A stretch of 46,602 nucleotides of DNA from an uncultured Bdellovibrionales bacterium (GCA_964603325.1 CAZRUH010000001.1:5452-52053), one strand, 5' to 3'; positions 25,437 to 35,869 are shown, numbered from the stretch's first letter. The notes: generated from the letters alone by a model not told the origin. Numbers and translations are program-made.

Positions 25437-25464
25437 TAATTTTTTTGAATTACAGTGAAACAAT

Positions 25465-25493
25465 AAAAAACACCGCTATAGCGGTGTTTTTTA
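25465..25493 (+). terminator. Rho-independent terminator after the sortase gene
   Basis: AAAAAACACCGC-TATA-GCGGTGTTTTTT is a perfect hairpin with a T-run. Confidence 0.8.
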
Positions 25494-25557
25494 TTGTTAT
25501 TTTTTTATAAAAATAGTAATATTAGAAATGAAATTATTTTTTGTAGTTGCCAAAATT

Positions 25558-26265
25558 ATGTATAATGTTAAATTGGAAAATTTTGAGGGTCCATTAGATT
25601 TATTGCTTGAACTTATAAACAAAAATAAACTTGATATAAATGATATTAGTTTGGCTCAAATAGCAAATCAATATTTGGAGTATTTGGAAGATAAAAGCAA
25701 TATAGATTTAAATAATTTGGCTGACTTTTTGACAATAGCTTCAAACTTAATTTTAATAAAGTCAAAATCGTTGTTGCCTTTATTAAAATTTACCGAAGAA
25801 GAGGAAGAAGAAATTGCCGACTTAAAACAACAAATTAAAGAATATAAAAAATTTAAAGAAATATCGGTTGTACTTAAAAAAATATATGAAGATGATAAAA
25901 ATGCTTATTCTCGGGAATTGTTCTATTCTGAAAAAATTATTTTCAGACCTCCAAAAAACATATCATTAAAAAAATTGGAAAATATTTATGGCAATGTTTT
26001 AAAAGAAATACCAGTTATGAAGAAACTCAAGAAAGATAAAATAAAAAAAATAATTTCTTTAAAGAAAAAAATAATCAATTTGCAGGAAGTAATAAGAAAA
26101 AAAATAAAAGTATCTTTTGATGAATTGATTAAAGATAGGGCCTCCGATCGTACAGAAGTAGTGGTTTCTTTTTTGGCAATTCTAGAAATGATTAAACAAA
26201 ATATCATAATTGTTGAGCAAGCAAATTCCTTTGATGAAATAATTCTTAAAAAGAATAGTTTATAA
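25558..26265 (+). CDS. scpA: Segregation and condensation protein A (kleisin)
   Basis: Begins MYNVKLENFEGPLDLLLELINKNKLDINDISLAQIANQYLEYL and contains VVVSFLAILEMIK. ATG 25558 is preferred over 25528. Confidence 0.85.
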   Translation: MYNVKLENFEGPLDLLLELINKNKLDINDISLAQIANQYLEYLEDKSNIDLNNLADFLTIASNLILIKSKSLLPLLKFTEEEEEEIADLKQQIKEYKKFKEISVVLKKIYEDDKNAYSRELFYSEKIIFRPPKNISLKKLENIYGNVLKEIPVMKKLKKDKIKKIISLKKKIINLQEVIRKKIKVSFDELIKDRASDRTEVVVSFLAILEMIKQNIIIVEQANSFDEIILKKNSL

Positions 26266-26282
26266 TTACCCCACATAAATAT

Positions 26283-26858
26283 ATGAAAGATGATAAAATA
26301 AAGTCAATAATAGAAAGCCTATTGTTTGCCAAAGGAAAATCAATTTCTATTATTCAATTGGCGAAGAATATCGGTGTTTCTAAAAAGAAAACGGCAGAGG
26401 TGGTTGGAAATATCGTGGATGAATATATTAAAAGAGATGGTGGCTTAACTATTATTCAAAAAGATGATAGAATACAGATGGTAAGCGCTCCCAAAAATGC
26501 AAGTTATGTAAACAAAATGTTGGGAGAATATACAAAAGCAAAATTGAGCAGAGTGGCTTTGGAAACATTATCAATTATTGCCTATAGGGGACCGATAACT
26601 AAACTTGAAATAGAAGCTATTCGGGGAGTTAATTGCAGTTTTGTTTTAAGAAATCTTCTATTGCGTGGGCTTATTGTTAAAAAAAGAACTGGAGATAAGA
26701 ATTGTTTATATGAAATTTCATTTAATTTTCTAAAAGAAATGGGTATAAGGAGTATAAAAGAACTACCTAATTATGAAAAACTTTCAAAAGACAACAGGGT
26801 TGAAACAATTATCAAAATACACACGGAAAAAAACCGGCAAGAGAAGGACAATGTTTAG
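26283..26858 (+). CDS. scpB: Segregation and condensation protein B
   Basis: Contains IIESLLFAKGKSISI, LSRVALETLSIIAYRGPITKLEIEAIRGVNCSFVLRNLLLRGLI. Confidence 0.85.
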   Translation: MKDDKIKSIIESLLFAKGKSISIIQLAKNIGVSKKKTAEVVGNIVDEYIKRDGGLTIIQKDDRIQMVSAPKNASYVNKMLGEYTKAKLSRVALETLSIIAYRGPITKLEIEAIRGVNCSFVLRNLLLRGLIVKKRTGDKNCLYEISFNFLKEMGIRSIKELPNYEKLSKDNRVETIIKIHTEKNRQEKDNV

Positions 26859-27864
26859 ATTGAGTATAGTTTCTTTTTTTGTCATAATACTTGCCTTCAT
26901 TTTTTATGGAGATAAGTTTTCCATAGGGAAAGATAATGATAAAATATTTTCCAAAAATTCGGTTGTGGAGGGAGTTTTTGATGAAAGTAACAACAAAAAA
27001 AGCATAGTATCAAAATATAGTTTTCCTGTAGCAATATATAAACCAACAAAAAAACCGGAAGCAACAAAATTATCTGTTTCAAACGCGCATGCTTCGGTAA
27101 TCTTGGATGTTGATTCGGGGACATTGCTTCATTATGAAAATGGGGAACAAAAGAGACAAATAGCTTCATTAACCAAATTGATGACAGCTGTTTTGGTTGT
27201 TGAGAAAATAAAAAATTTGGATAAGGAAGTGGTAACAATAGATGCGGACGCTGTTTATCAGGAAGGAACAAAGATAGGGTGTCCTCGCTCCGGTTATTGT
27301 ATCAGCAATAGGTTGAAAATAGGCGAAAAAATTTCAGCAAAGTCATTATTGATGGCAATGCTAATGAATAGCGCCAACGATTCTGCTGTGGCATTGGCAA
27401 AACATATTGCCGGTTCGGAAAAAGATTTTGTAAAAATGATGAATGAAAAGGCTAAAGAAATGGGACTTAAAAACACTAACTTCTGCACTCCGTCCGGATT
27501 GGAAATTGATGGTCATGAAGAAGAGTGTTATTCGTCAGCTTATGATGTGGCAAGAATAGCGGTGTATTCAATGAGATATAAAATCATTTGGGATATTTTT
27601 AAAACTCCGGGAACAAAGATATATTCAATTGATGGGAAATATTCACACAAAATATTTAATACCGATCGTTTATTGGATGAAATGCCGAATTGTTTAGGTA
27701 CGAAAACGGGTTTCACTCCTTTGGCTGGAAAATCACTGATGTTGGCGGCTATTGATAAATCCGGGAAACATCGGGTGGTGGCAGTGGTTTTGGATGATCC
27801 TTATCGTTGGCGAGATGCAAAAAATATGATAGAGTGGGCATTTGAATCTTATCTATGGAAATAA
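26851..27864 (+). CDS. D-alanyl-D-alanine carboxypeptidase (S11 peptidase, PBP5/6-like)
   Basis: SxxK is ASLTKLMT. SxN is NSANDSA. KTG is GTKTGFT. ATG 26851 (MFRLSIVSFFVIILAF, a TM anchor) overlaps the scpB stop by 8 nt. The track's 26773 start would overlap scpB by 86 nt. Confidence 0.85.
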   Translation: MFRLSIVSFFVIILAFIFYGDKFSIGKDNDKIFSKNSVVEGVFDESNNKKSIVSKYSFPVAIYKPTKKPEATKLSVSNAHASVILDVDSGTLLHYENGEQKRQIASLTKLMTAVLVVEKIKNLDKEVVTIDADAVYQEGTKIGCPRSGYCISNRLKIGEKISAKSLLMAMLMNSANDSAVALAKHIAGSEKDFVKMMNEKAKEMGLKNTNFCTPSGLEIDGHEEECYSSAYDVARIAVYSMRYKIIWDIFKTPGTKIYSIDGKYSHKIFNTDRLLDEMPNCLGTKTGFTPLAGKSLMLAAIDKSGKHRVVAVVLDDPYRWRDAKNMIEWAFESYLWK

Positions 27865-27882
27865 TTAATAATTTTTTGTTAT

Positions 27883-28992
27883 ATGCGTATAGTTTTAACC
27901 GGTGGCGGTACCGGGGGGCACTTATATCCGCTGGTTACCGTAGCAAAGAAAATTAAGGAAAAAAGAGAAGGTGTGGAGTTTTTGTACCTTGGTTCAAAAA
28001 AAGAATTGGAAAAAAAAATTATGAATGAAAACTCCATTGAAATGAAATATGTAATGAGTGGAAAGTTTAGAAGATATGCTTCACTAATGAATTTCATTGA
28101 TATATTTAAAATCCCCATTGGAATTATTCAAGCTCTTTGGCATTTGCTTTGGTATATGCCGGACGCGATATTTTCCAAGGGAGGGTATGCTTCAATTCCC
28201 GTAGTGTTTGCCGGTTGGCTTTACAGAATTCCAATTTTGACGCACGAATCTGATTCTATACCGGGAGTGGCTAATAGGATTATAGGAAAATTTTCCAACA
28301 GAATTGCCATATCTTATCCTAGAGCGGAAAGATATTTTTTAAAAACAAAAGTTTATTTGACCGGAAATCCTGTGCGAGAGCAAATTTTAAATGGCGACAG
28401 AGATGCTTGTTATCACAAATTTAGTTTAACGGAATCAAGACCGGTGATTTTGGTTTTGGGTGGTAGTCAAGGCGCCAGGGCTATAAACGAATCAATAGTG
28501 AATGCTTTAAATGACATTGTTAAAGTGGCTCAAGTCATTCACCAAACGGGAGAAAATAATTATAAAGAAGTGATTCATAAAATCAGATCGGTTGGAATCA
28601 AAGAATTTCGTGATAATTATTATCCGGTTCCTTTTTTGGAGGTTGACGATTTGAGCAATGCTTTTGCGACCGCAAATATTGTAATTAGTAGAGCGGGAGC
28701 AAACTCAATAGCGGAAATCGCTGCCAATAAAAAACCGGCGATTCTTATTCCATTGTCTACTTCGGCAAATAATCATCAGAAAATGAATGCTTATTCTTTG
28801 GCGGAAGAGGGCGGAGCGATTGTTTTGGAGGAAAGTAATCTTGGTAAACATATTTTATTGCAAAAAATAAAAAAGATTATTGAAAATGAAGACTTTAGAA
28901 AAAAACTCTCTGAAAATATTGCCAAATTCTATCATAAGGATGCCGGTGATAAAATTGCTGTAGGAATAATAGATTTGATTGAAGGGGTTTAA
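27883..28992 (+). CDS. murG: Undecaprenyl-PP-MurNAc-pentapeptide-UDP-GlcNAc GlcNAc transferase
   Basis: Contains MRIVLTGGGTGGHLYPLV, HESDSIPGVANR, GGSQGA, SRAGANSIAEI and HQKMNA. Confidence 0.9.
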   Translation: MRIVLTGGGTGGHLYPLVTVAKKIKEKREGVEFLYLGSKKELEKKIMNENSIEMKYVMSGKFRRYASLMNFIDIFKIPIGIIQALWHLLWYMPDAIFSKGGYASIPVVFAGWLYRIPILTHESDSIPGVANRIIGKFSNRIAISYPRAERYFLKTKVYLTGNPVREQILNGDRDACYHKFSLTESRPVILVLGGSQGARAINESIVNALNDIVKVAQVIHQTGENNYKEVIHKIRSVGIKEFRDNYYPVPFLEVDDLSNAFATANIVISRAGANSIAEIAANKKPAILIPLSTSANNHQKMNAYSLAEEGGAIVLEESNLGKHILLQKIKKIIENEDFRKKLSENIAKFYHKDAGDKIAVGIIDLIEGV

Positions 28993-29033
28993 ATAAAAAA
29001 AGTGATTTGTAAAAAATTACCAAGAATAAAAAA

Positions 29034-30422
29034 ATGAATAGAAACAAGAAGGTGATTTATGTGATAGGAATAGAGGGTGCAGGAACATCTGCGTTAGCTT
29101 TGATGTATAAAAAAAAGAATTATATCGTTCTTGGCTCTGATAACGGAGATCATTTTTACGGAGACATTTTAGAAAAAGAAAACATAAAAGTATTTGATAA
29201 ATATAACTCGGGAAATATTCCCGGAATTGTAGATAAGGTGATTTACTCAACCAGTATTAAAAAAGATAATCCCGAGTTTCTAGAAGCAAAAAAAAGAAAT
29301 TTTAAAATATATTCTTATCCTGAAGCGGTGGCGGAGTTATTCAATGAAAAAATGGGAATTGCCATTTGTGGAACTCATGGAAAAACTACGACCAGTGCCA
29401 TGTTGGCGTATGTATTAAGAGAAATGAACTTAGATCCTAATGCAATTATTGGAAGCAAGGTTAAAAACTGGGGAAGTAATGCCTTAGTGGGGGGTGGAGA
29501 TTATTTTATTATAGAGGCGGATGAATACCAAAACAAATTAAAATTTTATAATCCTTGGTCGGTTATTTTGACCAGCATTGATTACGATCATCCTGATTTT
29601 TATAAAAATTTTAAAGAGTATAAAAACGCTTTTGTTGACTTCGTCAGAAAAATACCAAAACATGGTTTTCTTATTTATTGTAATGACGATAGAGACGTTT
29701 TAAATGTTGTTGAGTATGGAAATTGTCAGAAAATAAGTTATGGTTTTTCGGAAGATTCGGATTATAAAATATCTGATTTAGAGGTAAATAATATTCAAAA
29801 TGGTAATTTTGGGCAAAAATTCAGTGTTTATCATAAAAATGATTTTATCGGAGAATTTGAAACCGGTTTGGTGGGAGAACATAATGCATTAAACGCTTCT
29901 TCAGTAATAGCTTTTTGTCATAAGATTAAATTAGATATAAGTGAAATAAAGAAAATTATTAAAAAATTTTCCGGAACCGTCAGAAGATTTGAATATATTG
30001 GCGAAAGAAAGGGAGCAATTTTAATTGATGATTATGCTCATCACCCGAAAGAAATAAAAGAGGTTTTAAAAACGATTAAAAAAATTTATTCAAACAAAGA
30101 GATTGTGGTTATTTTTCACCCTCATTCTTTTTCGCGAACAGAACTGTTAATGGATGAATTTTCTCAAAGTTTTTCAGATGCTTCAAAAGTTATAGTTTTA
30201 GATATTTATGGAAGTGTTCGCGAACAGATGGGAAAAGTAAATTCTTCGGATTTGGTAAGAGAAATAAACAAACATTCTCTTGGTGAAAAGGCGCAATATA
30301 TACCAACGATAAAAAATGCGCTATCTTTCATTCAAGATAATTTAAACAAAAATCAAGTCATTATTTCGCTTGGAGCCGGAGATGTGTGGAAATTGACACA
30401 TAGTTTGGTTAAAAATAATTAA
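29034..30422 (+). CDS. murC: UDP-N-acetylmuramate--L-alanine ligase
   Basis: Contains VIGIEGAGTSALALM, ICGTHGKTTTSAML, IIEADEYQNK, DDYAHHP. Confidence 0.9.
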   Translation: MNRNKKVIYVIGIEGAGTSALALMYKKKNYIVLGSDNGDHFYGDILEKENIKVFDKYNSGNIPGIVDKVIYSTSIKKDNPEFLEAKKRNFKIYSYPEAVAELFNEKMGIAICGTHGKTTTSAMLAYVLREMNLDPNAIIGSKVKNWGSNALVGGGDYFIIEADEYQNKLKFYNPWSVILTSIDYDHPDFYKNFKEYKNAFVDFVRKIPKHGFLIYCNDDRDVLNVVEYGNCQKISYGFSEDSDYKISDLEVNNIQNGNFGQKFSVYHKNDFIGEFETGLVGEHNALNASSVIAFCHKIKLDISEIKKIIKKFSGTVRRFEYIGERKGAILIDDYAHHPKEIKEVLKTIKKIYSNKEIVVIFHPHSFSRTELLMDEFSQSFSDASKVIVLDIYGSVREQMGKVNSSDLVREINKHSLGEKAQYIPTIKNALSFIQDNLNKNQVIISLGAGDVWKLTHSLVKNN

Positions 30423-31906
30423 TCTTTTTCTTTTTCTTTAGCTCGTTTTAGTTGCCTTTTTATGTGACTTCTGGCATTAGATGTTTTTACAAAATCTAAC
30501 CATTTTGCGTTCGGAAGTTTTGGATCTTTAGATTTTAAAATTTCTATCATTTGTCCGTTTTTTATTTTATAATCCAGGGAAACCATTTTCCCATCCGCTT
30601 TAGCTCCCACAATGGAATCTCCAACCTCGCTATGAATAGCATAAGCAAAGTCAACAGGCGTGGCTTCCTCCGGAAGATCAATCGCATCTCCATTCGGAGT
30701 AACGGCAAAAATTCTGTTTTTAAAGAAGTCTATTTTTAATCCTTCCATAAATTCTTTATTGTTTTTTCCAACTTCATTTTGCCATTCTCGCAATTGTCGT
30801 AGCCAAGTTAATTCTTTTTCCGTAAAGGTTTCTTGTTGGCGAAAATAATTTTTCCAACTTCGTTTTTTATTTTCATTGTAAATCCAATGGGATGCGATAC
30901 CAAATTCCGCTTCGTTATGCATTTTTTGAGTGCGTATTTGAACTTCCATTATTTTTCCTCTGGGACCGAAAATTGTGGTATGGATTGATTGATACCCGTT
31001 TGGTTTGGGCAGAGATATATAATCCTTAATTCTTCCCACCATTGGACGATACTTTCTGTGAACAATTCCCAATGTTTCATAACAATCAGCAATACTTGGA
31101 ACAATAATTCGTATGGCTATTAAGTCATAAATTCTTCCGATATCCATCTCATGCTTTTCCAGTTTCAAAAACAAACTGTGCAAATGTTTATCACGACCAT
31201 AAATATCAATTACCTTTATCTTTTTTTTCTTGAGAGCATGAGTCAGTTCTTTTATAGCTTCCCTCACAAACAACTCTCCTTCTTTATAGTATTTATCTCG
31301 TATTTTCTTAAGTTTTTGATAATTTTCGGAATCCAAAAATTTAAAAGACAAATCTTCCAGTTCCGCCTTAATTTCTCCAATTCCCAATCTGTCAGCCAGG
31401 GGAACATAAATTTCCATAGTTTCATTGGCAATTCTTTGTTGTTTGTCCGGAGGATTAAATTCCAGTGTCCGCATATTATGCAGACGATCCGCCAATTTGA
31501 TAATGACAACCCTTACATCTTCCGCCATCGCCAAAAACATATTTCGTAAATTTTCCAAAAGATATTCTTCCTTTGTTTCTCTTAATTTTATTTTTCCCAA
31601 TTTGGTAATTCCTTTTACCAGATCATATATATCTTTTCCAAACTCTTTTTTTATTTCTGTTAATGTAATTTCCGTATCTTCCGGAACATCATGAAGTAGG
31701 CCGGCAGAAATGGTTTTTGATCCCATACCGATTTCCGCTAAAATTTTTGCGGTTGCAACACAATGCTGGAAATAATCCTCCCCGGATCTTCTTTTTTGTC
31801 CTTGATGCGCTTTTTGAGCGAACTCAAAAGCTTTGCCGATTAATTTTTTTCGTTCGGCGGTGGCATCTATTTTTAACGATTTGAAAATATCTTTTAGTGT
31901 AAGCAT
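30419..31906 (-). CDS. Bifunctional (p)ppGpp synthetase/hydrolase, RelA/SpoT homologue (HD, synthetase and TGS domains; no ACT/RRM domain)
   Basis: HD domain is YFQHCVATA..LLHDVPEDT. Synthetase is DLIAIRIIV..GYQSIHTTI. TGS is IFAVTPNGDAIDLPEEATPVDFAYAIHSEVG. At 495 aa it ends right after the TGS region. Confidence 0.9.
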   Translation of the reverse strand: MLTLKDIFKSLKIDATAERKKLIGKAFEFAQKAHQGQKRRSGEDYFQHCVATAKILAEIGMGSKTISAGLLHDVPEDTEITLTEIKKEFGKDIYDLVKGITKLGKIKLRETKEEYLLENLRNMFLAMAEDVRVVIIKLADRLHNMRTLEFNPPDKQQRIANETMEIYVPLADRLGIGEIKAELEDLSFKFLDSENYQKLKKIRDKYYKEGELFVREAIKELTHALKKKKIKVIDIYGRDKHLHSLFLKLEKHEMDIGRIYDLIAIRIIVPSIADCYETLGIVHRKYRPMVGRIKDYISLPKPNGYQSIHTTIFGPRGKIMEVQIRTQKMHNEAEFGIASHWIYNENKKRSWKNYFRQQETFTEKELTWLRQLREWQNEVGKNNKEFMEGLKIDFFKNRIFAVTPNGDAIDLPEEATPVDFAYAIHSEVGDSIVGAKADGKMVSLDYKIKNGQMIEILKSKDPKLPNAKWLDFVKTSNARSHIKRQLKRAKEKEKD

Positions 31907-31961
31907 ATTTTGTTTAATTCTAATACAAATAATTCAAATAATCAATTTTGGTTATACTCAA

Positions 31962-32001
31962 GAAAACAAAAAATCTCAATTGATGATAAATTGAGATTTT
32001 T
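31962..32001 (-). terminator. Rho-independent terminator downstream of topA (minus strand)
   Basis: AAAATCTCAAT (31970-31980) pairs with ATTGAGATTTT (31990-32000). On the minus strand the hairpin is followed by TTTTTTGTTTT. Confidence 0.65.
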
Positions 32002-32009
32002 AAGATTAT

Positions 32010-34199
32010 TTATTTTTTTAATCTATCCGGTCGGTTGTTGGGACAAGTTTTGTCGGAACAACGTTCCGGGATGGTCTTTGTTCCTTCCATCATTAGAGAT
32101 CCACATTCTTTGTCGTCTTTGTCTTTTCTTCTGTAGTGGCATATTCTGCCTGTTGGTTTGGCATTGATGGCATATTTGCAGTCGGGATAATTGGAACAGG
32201 CATAAAAAATGCCAAAGCGACCGTTACGTTCCATCATTTCTCCATTCTTGCATTTTGGGCATTTAACTCCGGTTTTTTTCTTCGCCACTTCTTTGGGATC
32301 TTCTTTAACAAATTTGCACTTGGGATAATTGCTACAGGAAATAAATTTTCCGAAACGACCCTCGCGCAAAACCAAGAAATTATCGCATTTAGGACATTTT
32401 TCTTTTAGCTTTTTTGGACCCTCAATAATCTTTCCTTCCAGCGTTCTTGCTCCCGAGCAATCGGGAAAATTTTTGCAACTTAAAAACTTTCCATTTTTGC
32501 CCAATTTTATAATCATTGAATCTTGGCAAAGAGGGCACTTAAATTTTTTATCGGCATTCCCAAGATTGGTAAGTTTCGGAATATTTTCTTTTGATTCTAT
32601 ATCCTTGTGAAAAGGGTTGTAGAATTCTTTTAAAGTTGTAATATAACTATTTTTTCCTTCAGCGATTTTATCCAAATCATTTTCCATTTCGGCGGTAAAC
32701 TCATCACTGACATATTTGGTGAAATATTTTTCCAAAAAACTACTGACAACATCTCCCATATCGGTTGGTTTTAATTGGGAGCCGATTTTTTCCACATAAC
32801 CTCTGTCTTTGAGGGTACGAATAATCGGAGCATAAGTTGATGGGCGACCGATGCCTCTTTTTTCCAATTCTTTAACCAATCCGGCCTCACTGTATCGCGG
32901 AGGGGGAGTGGTTTCTTTCTCTTCATCTTCAATTTTAACAAGTTTTAATTTTTCGCCGATTTTTACCTTTGGCAATTCTATGTCATCGCTTCTGGAAATG
33001 GGACTGGCTTTTAGCCAGCCGTCAAACAAAATTCTTGAACCATTGATAGAAAATGGTTTTGTGTTTTTATTATCTAAATTGACACTAATTTTGGTACGAA
33101 GAATTTCAGCGGAAGACATTTGCGATGATATAGCTCTGCGCCAAATTAAATCGTATAATTTTTTTTGATCACCGTTATTTCCCGCAGTGAACTTATTTAA
33201 ATTGCTCGGTCTAATGGCTTCATGAGCCTCTTGAGCTCCTTTGCTTTGTTTTCCGTAATTTCTCGGTTGATAGTATTTTTCACCATATTGTTTTTTTATG
33301 ACTTCTGATGCCTGTTTTTGAGCTTGCGCGCTTAGAGTGGTACTATCGGTTCTCATATAAGTAATTAATCCGGCTTCGTATAGTCTTTGGGCGATCATCA
33401 TCGTTTTGGAGGGAGAAAACCCTAAACGAGAACTGGCGACTTGTTGCAAGGTGGATGTTCTGAATGGCGCCTGAGGATTTCTTTTTACTTTCGTTTCTTT
33501 TATGTCGGAAACTGTCCAATTTTCTTTTTTTCCCGCTTGAATTATTTTTTTAACCTCTTTATAATTTCGTGGCTCATCGGTATATACCAAGATAAATTCT
33601 TTTTTCTTTTTGTTGCTGACTGTGGCGGTAATAATCCAATATTTTTCCGGAATAAAAGATCTTATTAGTCTTTCTCTTTCCATTAAAATTCGCAATGCCG
33701 GAGATTGAACTCTTCCGGCAGATAATCCATAGCGAACCTTTTTCCAAATCAATCCCGATAATTCATATCCAAACAACCTATCCAAAACACGACGAGCTTC
33801 TTGAGCCGTTTTTAAGTTTAAATCTATTGAACGAGGATTTTGAAGAGCTTTTTTAACGGCTTCCCGTGTAATTTCGTTAAAGGTTACTCTTTTGGGATTT
33901 TTTAGATTAATTGCTTCCGAAATATGCCATGCAATTGCCTCTCCTTCACGATCGGGGTCGGTAGCCAAAAGAACCTCATTAACTTTTTTAGAAATCTCTT
34001 TTATTTTGCTGACTATCTTTCGTTTGTCAGGTGAAATAACATAGTTTGGCTTGAATCCGTTTTTGATGTCAATAGCATCCTTGTTGCTTTTTGGCAAATC
34101 TCTAATATGTCCCACAGAAGCTTCAATGATATATTCTGAACCGAAATATTTGGAAAGAGTTTTAATTTTTGCCGGCGATTCAACGATGACTAATTTCAT
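32010..34199 (-). CDS. topA: DNA topoisomerase I with C-terminal zinc-ribbon repeats
   Basis: Toprim domain is MKLVIVESPAKIKT..ATDPDREGEAI. Active-site region is LITYMRTDS. C-terminal C4 ribbons are CPLCQ..CKNFPDC, CPKCD..CSNYPKC and CPKCK..CSNYPDC. Confidence 0.95.
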   Translation of the reverse strand: MKLVIVESPAKIKTLSKYFGSEYIIEASVGHIRDLPKSNKDAIDIKNGFKPNYVISPDKRKIVSKIKEISKKVNEVLLATDPDREGEAIAWHISEAINLKNPKRVTFNEITREAVKKALQNPRSIDLNLKTAQEARRVLDRLFGYELSGLIWKKVRYGLSAGRVQSPALRILMERERLIRSFIPEKYWIITATVSNKKKKEFILVYTDEPRNYKEVKKIIQAGKKENWTVSDIKETKVKRNPQAPFRTSTLQQVASSRLGFSPSKTMMIAQRLYEAGLITYMRTDSTTLSAQAQKQASEVIKKQYGEKYYQPRNYGKQSKGAQEAHEAIRPSNLNKFTAGNNGDQKKLYDLIWRRAISSQMSSAEILRTKISVNLDNKNTKPFSINGSRILFDGWLKASPISRSDDIELPKVKIGEKLKLVKIEDEEKETTPPPRYSEAGLVKELEKRGIGRPSTYAPIIRTLKDRGYVEKIGSQLKPTDMGDVVSSFLEKYFTKYVSDEFTAEMENDLDKIAEGKNSYITTLKEFYNPFHKDIESKENIPKLTNLGNADKKFKCPLCQDSMIIKLGKNGKFLSCKNFPDCSGARTLEGKIIEGPKKLKEKCPKCDNFLVLREGRFGKFISCSNYPKCKFVKEDPKEVAKKKTGVKCPKCKNGEMMERNGRFGIFYACSNYPDCKYAINAKPTGRICHYRRKDKDDKECGSLMMEGTKTIPERCSDKTCPNNRPDRLKK

Positions 34200-34214
34200 A
34201 ATGGTTTCTAAGAT

Positions 34215-35285
34215 TTACAAAATTATATATTTTTGCCCTCCAATATCCTTAATGATTTTTTTTATTTCCAAAATTGATAAAATTGATAAAACAACACTAG
34301 GTTTAAGTTTAGTGGCTTTTATTATTCTGTCAATGCGCATTGGTTCTTGAGACAATTTTTTAACAACCAATTTCTCCTTTGAGGAAAGATTGGTTTCAAT
34401 CTGTTTATTATTTGGGTGAATTTGCATATTTAGTTCTTCCAATATATCTTGTATCCCGTTTATTAACTTAGCGCCCTTTTTAATTAGATTATTGGCGCCC
34501 TGGGATGATTTGGAGAAAATTGATCCGGGAACGGCAAAAACTTCTCTATTGTATTCAAGCGCTAAATTGGCGGTGATAAGTGTGCCACTTTTTTCTTCAG
34601 CTTCCACCACTATGGTTCCCATAGTTAATCCCGCCATTAGACGATTGCGAGCCGGGAAAGTAAAATTTGATGCTTTGGTTCCGTAGGGATAATCACTTAC
34701 CAAGGCGCCATACTCAATTATTTTTTTGGATAAATTAAAGTTTTGTTTTGGTCCTATGTTTCTATTATCAAGTCCACTTCCCAAAACAGCTATGGTTTTT
34801 CCTCCCGCCATTAAAGTCCCATAGTGTGAAAAGGTATCAATGCCCATAGCCATCCCGGAAACTATCGTAATTCCTGCGGAAGATAAATCTTTTGCCAAAG
34901 AAAGCGCAACTTGTTTTCCGTAAGAAGTAAATTTACGAGAGCCGACCATTGCCATCATCGGAGTGTTAAGAATTTTCGCGTCGCCCTTTAGGTAAAGCAA
35001 ATATGGAAAAGAGGGAATCTCTTTTAGCAATTTAGGAAAATTCTTGTTATTGAAGCCAATGATTTGAATATTTTCTTTTTTAAGTAATTGCATTTCATAG
35101 TCAGGATCTATTTTTGAGCGTGAAATATCTATCCGTTTGGCAAGATTTTCAGATAGATTAGATTGAAGAAGTTCTTTAAAAGATGCTTGCCAAATTTTTT
35201 TACCACTGCCAAAAAAATCTATCAAAAGTTTTAATTTTTGTGAGCCGATGCCGTCTATTTTATATAGCGCATTTAAATATTTCAT
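34215..35285 (-). CDS. dprA: DNA processing protein DprA (Smf), with a C-terminal winged-helix domain
   Basis: Contains AMVGSRKFTSYGK, IVSGMAMGIDTFSH, FPARNRLMAGL, VVEAEEKSGTLITA and VFAVPG. ATG 35285 (MKYLNALYKIDGIGS) is preferred over the track start at 35384. Confidence 0.85.
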   Translation of the reverse strand: MKYLNALYKIDGIGSQKLKLLIDFFGSGKKIWQASFKELLQSNLSENLAKRIDISRSKIDPDYEMQLLKKENIQIIGFNNKNFPKLLKEIPSFPYLLYLKGDAKILNTPMMAMVGSRKFTSYGKQVALSLAKDLSSAGITIVSGMAMGIDTFSHYGTLMAGGKTIAVLGSGLDNRNIGPKQNFNLSKKIIEYGALVSDYPYGTKASNFTFPARNRLMAGLTMGTIVVEAEEKSGTLITANLALEYNREVFAVPGSIFSKSSQGANNLIKKGAKLINGIQDILEELNMQIHPNNKQIETNLSSKEKLVVKKLSQEPMRIDRIIKATKLKPSVVLSILSILEIKKIIKDIGGQKYIIL

Positions 35286-35419
35286 TGAGTGTCTTTGATG
35301 TAAATAAAAAACGATAGAGTGAATGTAAAAAGATAAAACTCTAGACTGATTTTTAGTATAACATAACAATTTATCGCTTTCCAAATCAAAGTAATAATGT
35401 TAAGATACAATTAAATATT

Positions 35420-35869
35420 ATGAAAAATTGCAAAATTACAATTTATACTGACGGAGGTTCTCGCGGAAATCCCGGACCGGCCGGTATTGGAGTCTGGATT
35501 TTTTCCGATGACAAAACCTTAAATAAGAAATTTGGGGAGTATATTGGTGAAAAAACCAATAATGATGCCGAATATGAAGCGTTAATTTTTGCCTTAAAAA
35601 AAACCAAAAGTCTTTTGGGAAAAACAAAAAGCAAGCAGTGCGAGTTGAATTGTTTTTTAGATAGTGAATTGGTCGTTAAGCAGTTGAATCATAAATATAA
35701 ATTAAAAAATGAAAAAATTCAACGGTATTTTATAGAAGTGTGGAATTTGTCGCTGGATTTTAAGAAAGTTAATTTTGCGCATATTCCCAGAGAAAAAAAT
35801 AAAATAGCCGATAATATGGTGAATCGGGCTTTGGATGAAAAAATGAAACAAAGAATGTTTTTCAACTGA
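35420..35869 (+). CDS. rnhA: Ribonuclease HI
   Basis: Contains ITIYTDGGSRGNPGPAGIG, NNDAEYEALIFAL, DSELVVKQL, NKIADNMVNRAL (DEDD-type catalytic residues). Confidence 0.85.
   Translation: MKNCKITIYTDGGSRGNPGPAGIGVWIFSDDKTLNKKFGEYIGEKTNNDAEYEALIFALKKTKSLLGKTKSKQCELNCFLDSELVVKQLNHKYKLKNEKIQRYFIEVWNLSLDFKKVNFAHIPREKNKIADNMVNRALDEKMKQRMFFN

Noticed and set aside
26773-26850. The longer start for the DD-carboxypeptidase (track start 26773), and similarly long track starts for dprA (35384), scpA (25528), lysS (10206), infA (5544) and the HTH protein (37912).
   Set aside because: The extensions overlap upstream genes or promoter-like elements, or begin at non-ATG codons. They add residues not seen in the conserved families. 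Internal ATGs give canonical N-termini.
31151-31549. A 132-aa plus-strand ORF, and other ORFs, antisense to the rel gene.
   Set aside because: The minus-strand frame carries unambiguous HD, RelA_SpoT and TGS motifs. The antisense frames are hydrophobic and low-complexity.
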